Source: Patescibacteria group bacterium (GTDB lineage: Bacteria > Patescibacteriota > Patescibacteriia > UBA10025). From it: a stretch of 64,000 nucleotides of DNA. Below the pieces are notes generated by a model, which was given only the letters and a program-made list of their open reading frames with translations, was not told the DNA's origin and ran no database searches. The stretch covers positions 52,397 through 116,396 of the forward strand of contig JBHPFX010000001.1 of assembly GCA_042570925.1 (NCBI GenBank), written 5' to 3'. Made by a program: the position numbers and the translations under genes. Each line of letters opens with the position of its first letter. The stretch's first letter is position 1. Below, piece after piece: positions 50,869-59,800 of the stretch.

Positions 50869-50897
50869 TTGACAGTCATTTTATCTTATGATAAGAT
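50869..50897 (+). promoter_or_regulatory. Sigma70 promoter
   Basis: TTGACA-17-TAAGAT with TGn extension. Confidence 0.65.
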
Positions 50898-50915
50898 GCT
50901 CCATTCACTAGAAAA

Positions 50916-50995
50916 TTGACACTTCGGCGATCCCTCGTTAACTCGGGATGCTCAGTGTCAACCCGCCATAGCCTTGGCGGAAGTGAGGTTGACAA
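50916..50995 (+). repeat. Repeat family R2, intergenic copy
   Basis: TTGACAC-TTCG..GATCCC..GGGAT.CTCA-GTGTCAACC...GGTTGACAA. Confidence 0.8.
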
Positions 50996-51296
50996 TCTAC
51001 CCGTGCAGAACGCTGCTCGCAAGTGAGTGTGATAGTTCATCCCTCCTAGAACTCTCACATTCATAAAAGTTAAGGTGTTGTGAGTTTTCTCACCTCACTT
51101 TATACTTGTGAGTGGCGTCATGACCGGGTAGCAAAACAGATAAGAGGATCCCTCGGCAAGCTTTCCTCGGCATCAAGCCTCGGGACTGAAGGCAGGGTCT
51201 TCCAAAGACGGTTGGACGGTAGCAATGTTAATGTTCAGCCGTCTTTGTCAATACAAAAACAGCATATTCACGTGTGTCCTGAATGGGAGGGGTGCA

Positions 51297-51515
51297 ATGA
51301 GTGCAACGGCAATGAACGACGTCATTGCATTAATGACGAAGGTTCGTGCAGGTATGGATCCTTTGACGCATGTCGCCTGCGCAGGCGGAAGTGTTCAGAG
51401 TGCCATGGGACAACCGACGGGTGATAAAGGGCAAATCTTGAGTGCGGCGGATATCGCCAGGGAACTCGCAGCCCTTCTTCGTGGATTTGCCGACGAAGCC
51501 GACCAGATCACCTAA
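51297..51515 (+). CDS. Orphan small protein (72 aa)
   Basis: SD GGGAGG, raised GC, followed by a terminator. Confidence 0.55.
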   Translation: MSATAMNDVIALMTKVRAGMDPLTHVACAGGSVQSAMGQPTGDKGQILSAADIARELAALLRGFADEADQIT

Positions 51516-51537
51516 GCAGGACATCGGTACACCATTT

Positions 51538-51579
51538 ACCCCGACCAGTGCTAGTCACGATTGGTCGGGGTGTTTTTTT
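51538..51579 (+). terminator. Intrinsic terminator
   Basis: ACCCCGACCAGT...ATTGGTCGGGGT + T tract. Confidence 0.85.
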
Positions 51580-52151
51580 TATTTACCCCAGACACTCATT
51601 GCTTTCTCCGGGGAAGTTTGTATTGCTTTAATGACAGTTTCAACCACTTGAGGAATAAGTTCATCAAGCTTTTTTTTGTCATCCCGGGAGAAGTTTGCCA
51701 TGACAAATTTATTTGTCTCACCTTTTCGCTGCTTGTCAGTTCTCGAATCGATTCCTATCCGAAATCGATAGAAATCTTTTGTTCCAAGTATCTGAATAAT
51801 ATTCTCAACCCCGCGATGGCCTGCAGAAGATCTGCCATGATGAATTTTTAGCTTTCCAAACGCTAAGTCAATATCATCATGGATAATCCACACATCTGAC
51901 GGATTTGCCTTATAGTACTGCAGGGATGCGTTTACCGCGTTACCGGTGAGATTCATAAAAGTAGTTGGTTTTGCGAGGATGATTTTCTCTTTACCAATAC
52001 GCCCTTCTGCCACTAGAGCATGTAAGTTTGATTTCATGCTAAAAGGTGTTTGAAGTTCTTTGGCAAGCGCCTCCACTATCATATATCCGAGGTTGTGCCT
52101 CGATTTTTCGTACTTTGATCCTGGATTACCGAGTCCAATGAGTATTTTCAT
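51579..52151 (-). CDS. pth: Peptidyl-tRNA hydrolase
   Basis: GLGNPG, RHNLG, KPTTFMN, HDDID, GHRG. Confidence 0.96.
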   Translation of the reverse strand: MKILIGLGNPGSKYEKSRHNLGYMIVEALAKELQTPFSMKSNLHALVAEGRIGKEKIILAKPTTFMNLTGNAVNASLQYYKANPSDVWIIHDDIDLAFGKLKIHHGRSSAGHRGVENIIQILGTKDFYRFRIGIDSRTDKQRKGETNKFVMANFSRDDKKKLDELIPQVVETVIKAIQTSPEKAMSVWGK

Positions 52152-52152
52152 A

Positions 52153-53493
52153 TTATCGAAGCCGGGTTGTAAGTGTTATAGACAGGGGAGTACCGACAAA
52201 GCCAAATGTTTCACGTAAGTGCTTCTCCATGAATCTGACAAATGACGGATGGATTGTTTCAGGATCATTGACCGTAAGTCGGAATCGGGGAGGATCAGTG
52301 CGTTCTTGTACGAGTGAGAATATGCGGGGCTTTTTCTTTGCTTGCCGTTGGTTTGGCCCATGTTTGCCGAGAAATTTTATTAAAAACGTTTTCAATTCTT
52401 CATCAGGTATGTGCTTAAGCTGTGATTCTCGGATAGTGTCAGCGAGCGCAAGCAAGTTTCGTACACGCTGTTTCTTTGTCGCGGAGGTAAAAACCAGCGG
52501 GGCCCATGGGATCATTGAAAGGACATAGCGATAATATTTTGTGAATTCTTTCATTGAATCAGGAGTTTTATTTTCTACCAGATCCCATTTGTTTCCTACA
52601 ATGATAATTCCTCGCCGAGCTTTCCGTGCTAAATCAACAACATGAAAGTCATGCATCGTAAGCCGTTCAGTGACATCCGTAATGACTACAGCAATATGTA
52701 CTTTTTTAATTGCCTCGGCACTTAAAAGGTTTGCGGCACGCTCAATCGAATCGGACACTTTTCGTTCTTTCCTAAGTCCGGCAGTGTCTATAAACACGTA
52801 AGTTTTACCTTCGTGGGTTATTCGTGTATCCCTTGGTTCACGGGTCGTGTGGGGAAGTGGTGATTCGATAAGCCGTTTTTCCCCGATAAGAGCATTGATA
52901 AAAGTTGATTTACCCGTGTTTGTTTTTCCAATAAGCGCGAGGCGGATTTCGGAACCGGTCTTTTCTACTTCTTCCAGAGTAGTTTTTTTAATCTTTTTTA
53001 CGATTTCATCAAGAAAATCTCCAACTCCCATTCCTGTTGTTGATGAAAGGGGAAAAATTTCCTTATATCCAAGTGAGTAAAAATCTTTACTAATTGATCC
53101 GCCATCCTTTGGACTGTCGAGCTTATTAATCACTAGCATGACCGGCACACCTAGCTTCTGTAAATGTTTGGCGATGAGGCGGTCTTCGTTCGTTACCCCT
53201 GTCTTTCCATCCACTAACTGGCAAATGACACTTGCGGAACTCAGAATAGTACCTACTTGCTCTTGAACCGAAGTGTCAATGACGGTTCGTTCTTTTCGCT
53301 CCAATCCGCCACTGTCGATAAGCAAACAATGTACGTCGCGCCATGCAATTTCAGCTTGGTTTGAATCACGAGTCGTTCCAGCTATGGTAGACACCAGGGC
53401 CTGTTTTTTACCCAAAATAATATTAAAAAGCGTTGACTTGCCAACGTTTGTTCGCCCGACGAGTGCCACGACGGGAAGTGCTTTTTTGCCCAT
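52153..53493 (-). CDS. der: Ribosome biogenesis GTPase Der/EngA
   Basis: Two G domains (GRTNVGKST, GKTNTGKST), KH-like C-terminus. Confidence 0.95.
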   Translation of the reverse strand: MGKKALPVVALVGRTNVGKSTLFNIILGKKQALVSTIAGTTRDSNQAEIAWRDVHCLLIDSGGLERKERTVIDTSVQEQVGTILSSASVICQLVDGKTGVTNEDRLIAKHLQKLGVPVMLVINKLDSPKDGGSISKDFYSLGYKEIFPLSSTTGMGVGDFLDEIVKKIKKTTLEEVEKTGSEIRLALIGKTNTGKSTFINALIGEKRLIESPLPHTTREPRDTRITHEGKTYVFIDTAGLRKERKVSDSIERAANLLSAEAIKKVHIAVVITDVTERLTMHDFHVVDLARKARRGIIIVGNKWDLVENKTPDSMKEFTKYYRYVLSMIPWAPLVFTSATKKQRVRNLLALADTIRESQLKHIPDEELKTFLIKFLGKHGPNQRQAKKKPRIFSLVQERTDPPRFRLTVNDPETIHPSFVRFMEKHLRETFGFVGTPLSITLTTRLR

Positions 53494-53517
53494 ACGCTTA
53501 TTATATGAAATAGTGTG

Positions 53518-54987
53518 CTACAGACTTGTTCCTGTGCTTTCAACCTGATCAAGACCGAGAACGATAAGGAAGTCGGCTGATGGCATTGTTGGAGATTCCT
53601 CGATATCTCCAGTCGGATTCTGAAGAGAATTGATAGTGACAGGCGAAGAGGCATTTACGAGGAATCCCGGGAGCGTAGTGCTTACCTCTGCGTCGAAATG
53701 ATCTTTTAATCTGGAAAGGGAATAGGGCTTCGTTCCGCTGGTGAGATCATATATTACGGTTGTTTCATGGTCTTGTTCTACGGCATTGCCAATATCGACG
53801 ATGGTAAATTCGTCAGCTGATAACTTCTGTGACGCCTGATATGCAAGTCCTGACACCTTCGTTCCGTTCTGAATTTCGATTTGCGGGTTTTCTTGGATAA
53901 GAGTTTTTTCTGAAAAGATATTCTCTGCGAGGTCATGAATTTCGTCATAGGATCCTGAAATTGGCTGTAGAAGATATGCTCCATCAACAGATGTGACCGG
54001 CTCTAAAAGTCCTCCAGGAGAAGTATCAAGCACCTTGGTAACGATACTGTTTTGTTCGAGGTCATCGCCCATTTCAGCAAGACGCAGTATTTCCCATATC
54101 TGTAAGTCTGTTCTATTGTGTTCCCCAAGATCTTCAAGAGCCGAAATTATTCGCTTTGGGGCAATGAGCGTCTCAAAGGCGAGCCCCTGGTCTTTAATCG
54201 CGAGGAGCACTTTTTGCTGACGCTGAGATCTGGCAAAGTCTGATCCCTCTCCATTTGTCCCGTGTCTGGAGCGTACATATTTCAATGCAGTCTCACCATT
54301 CATTTTTTGATATCCTTTTTCGAATTTCAGGAATTGATATCCAAAGTTGTTATCCGGATATTGATAGTCCGTAAAACCCCTTTCAACATCTACCCAGATG
54401 CCGCCGAGATCGTCAATTATTTTTTCGAAGCCGGTGAAGTCGATTCGCATGAAATAGTTAATTTGCTGGCCGGTAACCTGCGAAACCACCCGACTCAGGA
54501 GCACCTCACCTCCCCCAGGATAGTCGTTTGTATGGCCAAATGCCATTGCGTTATTGATTTTTCGGTACCCATATTCAGGTATTTCAACGTATAAATCACG
54601 GGGGATTGAAAGCATTGCCACATTACCCGTTGAAGGCTGGATACTCGCGAGAATGATGGTATCTGCGAGATATGCGCCCTGATGTCCTTCACCACCTATT
54701 CCGATAAGTAAAATATTAACTCGATCCTGAGCCTCACCGCGAAGCTGTTTGTCAGGACTTAAGATAAGGTGCTTGAGTTGTTCAAAAAAAGCGACCTTCT
54801 CTCCGGTCTCCGTGTTGGTACTGTTTACAGAAAGAATAACTTTTGCCGTCACGCCAAAACCAAATCCCAAAAGCACCATACCCAGGAGCACAAAGAGTAG
54901 ACCAATTTTTCTACTTTTTACTTTAGTATCCTTAAGTTTTGGCTGATCGTTTGTTTCTGGTTCTACGTGCTTTTGAAAGTCAGGCAT
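53518..54987 (-). CDS. LCP (LytR-CpsA-Psr) protein with LytR_C domain
   Basis: NILLIG, ADTII, LSIPRDLYV, YVRSRH, SDFARSQRQQ, IEIQNGT. Confidence 0.93.
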   Translation of the reverse strand: MPDFQKHVEPETNDQPKLKDTKVKSRKIGLLFVLLGMVLLGFGFGVTAKVILSVNSTNTETGEKVAFFEQLKHLILSPDKQLRGEAQDRVNILLIGIGGEGHQGAYLADTIILASIQPSTGNVAMLSIPRDLYVEIPEYGYRKINNAMAFGHTNDYPGGGEVLLSRVVSQVTGQQINYFMRIDFTGFEKIIDDLGGIWVDVERGFTDYQYPDNNFGYQFLKFEKGYQKMNGETALKYVRSRHGTNGEGSDFARSQRQQKVLLAIKDQGLAFETLIAPKRIISALEDLGEHNRTDLQIWEILRLAEMGDDLEQNSIVTKVLDTSPGGLLEPVTSVDGAYLLQPISGSYDEIHDLAENIFSEKTLIQENPQIEIQNGTKVSGLAYQASQKLSADEFTIVDIGNAVEQDHETTVIYDLTSGTKPYSLSRLKDHFDAEVSTTLPGFLVNASSPVTINSLQNPTGDIEESPTMPSADFLIVLGLDQVESTGTSL

Positions 54988-55203
54988 GATGTTTGAAAGT
55001 AATGGAATTATACGGATCTAAACGCTATTCGTCAATTCTCACTCTATTTATTAGTACTACATTCTTCTCAAAAGCGGTTATTTCATTTGGCGGGTGGACA
55101 AAACCATTTTTTTCTGTTATACTCGTGTTAAGAAAACTTGGTAAGTGAGACTAATATTTCCCCTAAGTAGAGCCAAAAATAGTTCAAAAGGGAGAAAAAA
55201 GCT

Positions 55204-56835
55204 TTGTTTAATACAGTACGAAAAAACCTCACTTCTGGGAGGCAAGAAGATAAGCCTATAGACTTTGACTCGCTTCCACAGCTCCTTACTCTTGAACAGG
55301 TAAGTGAGTTTCTTGGTGTACACCCAAATACGCTCAGGAATTGGGATGCAAATGGTAAGTTGCGTGCAGTGAGAGTAGGGAAGCGACGCGACCGTAGATA
55401 TGATAAGAAAGATGTACGCATCCTGTATCTCGCAAAAAACGGATTAGATGATGTTCAGCAAGAACCCGAGGTTGCTGGTGATGAGCCAAAGAAAGAGTTG
55501 GCGCCTGTTAAGAAACCAGTGTTCAATTGGTCAATGGTTCATCTTGTCATTGCCGCACTTTTTCTTCATGTCGCAGTTGCTGCAAATGACACCCCTGGAC
55601 TTGTGCTTGGCACCCAGATTGAGATGTACAGGCTCGAACCCGCTAATTGTACCGGTTGGACAAATGCAGAGCATGCAAAACGAATAAATGCACTGTCAAC
55701 ATCCGCCCTATCTGACTTCAATGAGGGAGTATCTGCCTATTACTCCACATCAAAGCTTTTTCCGGTAGAAGACGATATGGCTGAATCGCTTCAAGCTCCG
55801 GTTTCAGATATCGTGTGTTCCGGTTATCTGTTACCAGAAGATGTATCCACAGAAACAGTGCCGGAATACGTATCATTAAACGAAGCCCGGGTACTCATAT
55901 CAATGGGTGCAAAAAGCTTCAAAGGAAATGAAGACGTTTTGTCATTCTCTTACTCTCTTGATGGACAAACATGGATTCCACTAGATTCTTTCGGAATACT
56001 TGACGAGATGAGCAACTCAACACACGAAGGTTACTGGGCATTTCCAATACGGGTTGATTCTTTTGAAGAAATTTCTCAAATACAAGTAAAAGCCGATTAC
56101 AATGCTGTGCCAGCAATTGAAGAATCGCTGGTATATGTAGACGGAATAATAATTGAAGCTGATATCGGCGAATTGGATAAGACATCAAAGAATATTGTTG
56201 ACAGCGTGAAAGTAGAAAAGAGAGATTACGATGTATCAGAGAATCCTGTTGTATCAATTGATGTTGAGGAGCGCTCAGCCCTGTCATTTATCGGCATAGG
56301 CACCACGGAAAGAACAGTGAAAGAAGCAACTCTTACGAGACCTGACGGAACCCAAAAGATTGTTGCGTTAGAAGAAAAAGAGGTACAGGAAGGGGATATC
56401 AAGCGGGTTGAATACTCTGTGTCAAAAGATGAGCTGGCTCGCGGAGGGGAGTATGAACTGAGCTTTAGCGTCGAGCAGGATGGGGAAGTTGAAATAGTTA
56501 CAAAAAGTTTTTCATGGGGCGTGCTGGCAATAAACCCTGATCAATCTGTATATCGCCCGGGCGATCTTTCAATATTATCGATCGGAGTATTGGATGATAA
56601 GGGGGGTATTGTATGCGATGCAGACATTGAGCTTCTCATCACTGATCCAAATGGAAAAATTCTACCCAAAATGACTACGGAAAATGGCGGTATCGCAGTT
56701 TCCGACAAGTGCCATATCAAGGATATCTACTTCGAACCCGATTATTCAGCGTACTTTCGACCAAAAATTTCCGGTACGTACAATATTCAACTCACCGCAA
56801 CCCACGTGAATGGTACGCATACGATCAGCCAATGA
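55204..56835 (+). CDS. N-terminal part of a giant surface protein: MerR/excisionase-type HTH + TM + extracellular domains
   Basis: LLTLEQVSEFLGVHPNTLRNWD...RRDRRY; hydrophobic helix VHLVIAALFLHVAVA; FSWGVLAIN block. Confidence 0.8.
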   Translation: MFNTVRKNLTSGRQEDKPIDFDSLPQLLTLEQVSEFLGVHPNTLRNWDANGKLRAVRVGKRRDRRYDKKDVRILYLAKNGLDDVQQEPEVAGDEPKKELAPVKKPVFNWSMVHLVIAALFLHVAVAANDTPGLVLGTQIEMYRLEPANCTGWTNAEHAKRINALSTSALSDFNEGVSAYYSTSKLFPVEDDMAESLQAPVSDIVCSGYLLPEDVSTETVPEYVSLNEARVLISMGAKSFKGNEDVLSFSYSLDGQTWIPLDSFGILDEMSNSTHEGYWAFPIRVDSFEEISQIQVKADYNAVPAIEESLVYVDGIIIEADIGELDKTSKNIVDSVKVEKRDYDVSENPVVSIDVEERSALSFIGIGTTERTVKEATLTRPDGTQKIVALEEKEVQEGDIKRVEYSVSKDELARGGEYELSFSVEQDGEVEIVTKSFSWGVLAINPDQSVYRPGDLSILSIGVLDDKGGIVCDADIELLITDPNGKILPKMTTENGGIAVSDKCHIKDIYFEPDYSAYFRPKISGTYNIQLTATHVNGTHTISQ

Positions 56836-59800
56836 CTTTGGAGGTTACAGCGTATAAGGACTTTACCGGAGAGATCATTGAGCGAGTTCCGCGTGAATTT
56901 GGCGTCGAAGTGGAGTACGGAGGTGCGAGCAGAGACATAGAAGGTGTACTTGAATTAGTGTGGGACACTTCAATATCTAAGGGAGATACCATCACCCTTG
57001 GTTATACATTTAAATCACCGGAAGTGAGCCCCGCATTGTATCATCTTGGTCCGGCAACAATTGGAGAATGGTCTGAAGGGCGTGAGTGGCAGTTGGCAAT
57101 TGATCCAACATACATGTATCTCTATTGGGATGGAGCCGGTCCGCCTACTGGATGGTCGGTTGTTTCAACATATGATGGTAAATTTGCCCGTGGTGAAACT
57201 GCTGCAAATTTCGGTATAACTAGTGGAAATGCAACTCACACTCCTACCATAGCTACTCAATCGCCTACAAGTCAGCCAGGTACAACAAAATTGGCAAATT
57301 CTGGATTTGGTTATTCAAATGCTTCTGGCACTCACACACACGCTGTTATTGGAACGACAATTGGATCGGCAAACAATCTTCCGGCGTACAGGGATTTAAT
57401 CCTAATTAAGAATGATACTGGAATTCCTGCCACGATCCCTGGTGGTGGTATCGCATTTTTTGATGACGATCCTGGTTTACCTGGGGCGGATTGGACCAGG
57501 CAGAGTGCTCAAGACGCAAAAATGACTCGCACAAATAGCTCGGTCGCAACTGCTGGCTCTGATACCCATACCCATACTATTACCTGGGCTGCACCTGCTA
57601 GTGGTCGAGCGGGGGCTTTTCATGAGGACAATTGTATAAAAGGTGGATCTGCCGTGACCCACGGACATACAGCACCATCAGCTGGTGCGACTACAGGCAT
57701 GTCCGCTCTACCCCCCTATATCGAAGTAATTGTCGGAAAGGCCGATTCAGATACTTCGGTTCCTTCAGGAATAATACCGATGTTTGACGCCGATCCAGGA
57801 GCTGGATGGGATCTACGTTCAGATTCTGGGGATGATTTCTATCAGAACTTTGTTCGAGGGGCAGCTGCGTATAACGGATCATCCCAAGGTGCTACTACGC
57901 ATAATCATGCGCAGGAGACAAGTGGAAACACTGGGTCGGGTGGAAGTGTTAATGGCGGATGTGGAAGTGGAACAGTTACGCTTGCGGGGAGTAATCACAA
58001 TCACACAGAAACAGTTACCTTTACCACAGGTACCGACAACATGCCGGAGTATTGGAACGTCGTATATGCAGAAATGGCGACAACGGCCGATACCGTTTCA
58101 GGGTCTGTGAAGGGGACGGATGAATCAAGCTTTATTGGCAATCCTCCTTGTGATGGTGTGACTGCTGCGGTTTCACTTAAAATAAACGGAGCTGGCACTG
58201 ACACGACGGACTGCGATAACACAACGGGCAATTACGAGTTCTCTGGCCTTACTTTTAGTGCGGGCGATACGGTATCAGTCTACCTAAATAGTAATTCTAC
58301 TGAGAAAGCTAATTTGAATATGGTTATCGGGTCGGCGAACGTCACGGATGCGGACTTATATGAGGAAAAAGTAATAGTGCGTGACGAAAACGATGGAACA
58401 TCCACTATTTTGGATATGGTCGATTATGATAATGATCAAAATTCGACTGATATGCTCTTTGATGCCGATGATCTTGCTACGGATACACTCAGTACCGAAT
58501 CAGGCAAAGAACTTCATATATGGACCGGCGATACGCTCGATCCAAATGGCGATGTAGATACAGGTAGTGATATTCATATTGATGATAGCGCGACAATGAA
58601 TCTCGATACTGCTACGTCGACCATTGGAGGCGATATCGACGTTGATACAAGCGCGACATTGAATGTCAGTGCGAGTGCTACGGTTAATGGAAATGATGTT
58701 ACAACTACCGGAGCGGTAAATCATTCCGCGGGAACTTTTACTATTGGTGATAGCACGACCGAAGACTTTATTGTAAATGGCGGGACGGTAACATTGAGCG
58801 GCGGCACGACAGTCTTAAAGGATGATTTTGACATTAATGGCGGAACGATCACGATCAGCAATACCATGAATATTAATGGAAACTCTGCTGCAATTGTCGA
58901 TCAAGATGGTGGAACTTTAAACATCAATGCCGGAGCTGATGTAAATGCTCTTGGTGCAAATGCTACGTATGCTATTGATGGTGCGAGTACTATCCTAAAT
59001 CTTAATGGCGGATCTTTTGATTTGGGTCAGTATTGGTTTAATAATGAGGGGACGGTTAATCTGAACGGCGGTGATCATAATATCGGGACAGGGGGACAAT
59101 TTCGATTTGGAAATGCCGCAGGAAAGGGGAATGTGATGGACTTCAATATGACTGGTGGGGAGATTACAACGCCAATCATGTATACATTTGATACGAGTAC
59201 GTTAACTACGACAACAGTGACTGGAGGTACTATCAATCTCGGTGTTGACGGAGTCAGCGATGTAATTGGTGAACAAAATACTGATAGTCATGAGTTTTAT
59301 AACTTTGTAATTGAAGAAAATGCGTCGTTTTGGGCATCAAGTACGGTACCTCTCAATCTTGTCGGATCGTTTACCATTAATAATGGAAAATCATTTGATG
59401 CAAACGCGGAGATGATCGTTGCTTCTGGTGGGTGGGTGAATAACGGGACATACACGTATGACACAAGCACAGTGACGCTTCTTGGAGGTAATATCAGCGG
59501 TACATCTGACACAACTTTCTATAACCTGAATATTGGTGATGCAACAACCACCGGGACAGTAACTTTGACCGGCACGGATGATCCGATTGTCAATGGTACG
59601 CTTGATGTTGATGCGGGCGATACTTTAAGCATTGGCGCAAGCCGCACTGTCCAGTCAAATAGTACCGGCTCACTCACTTTAGATGGAACGATATCCGGAG
59701 CAGGGAAACTTATCTATGAGCCAGCAGCCGCGTTCCCGACGTCTGGCACCATTTCTTCCATCCTACGATTTGATACGACAGTCAATAACCAGACAATGGG

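Noticed and set aside
52207-52220. TGTTTCACGTAAGT as a parS site
   Set aside because: Only part of the 16-bp palindrome matches and it lies inside der
56821-56860. TGA read-through or recoding (code 25, selenocysteine) at 56833
   Set aside because: The downstream coding sequence continues in a different frame, and TGA is used as a normal stop elsewhere (ccdA, ispH, trxB)
55204-58075. Prophage suggested by the excisionase-like HTH and tail-collar motifs
   Set aside because: Both are domains of a membrane-anchored giant protein; no integrase, capsid or terminase genes
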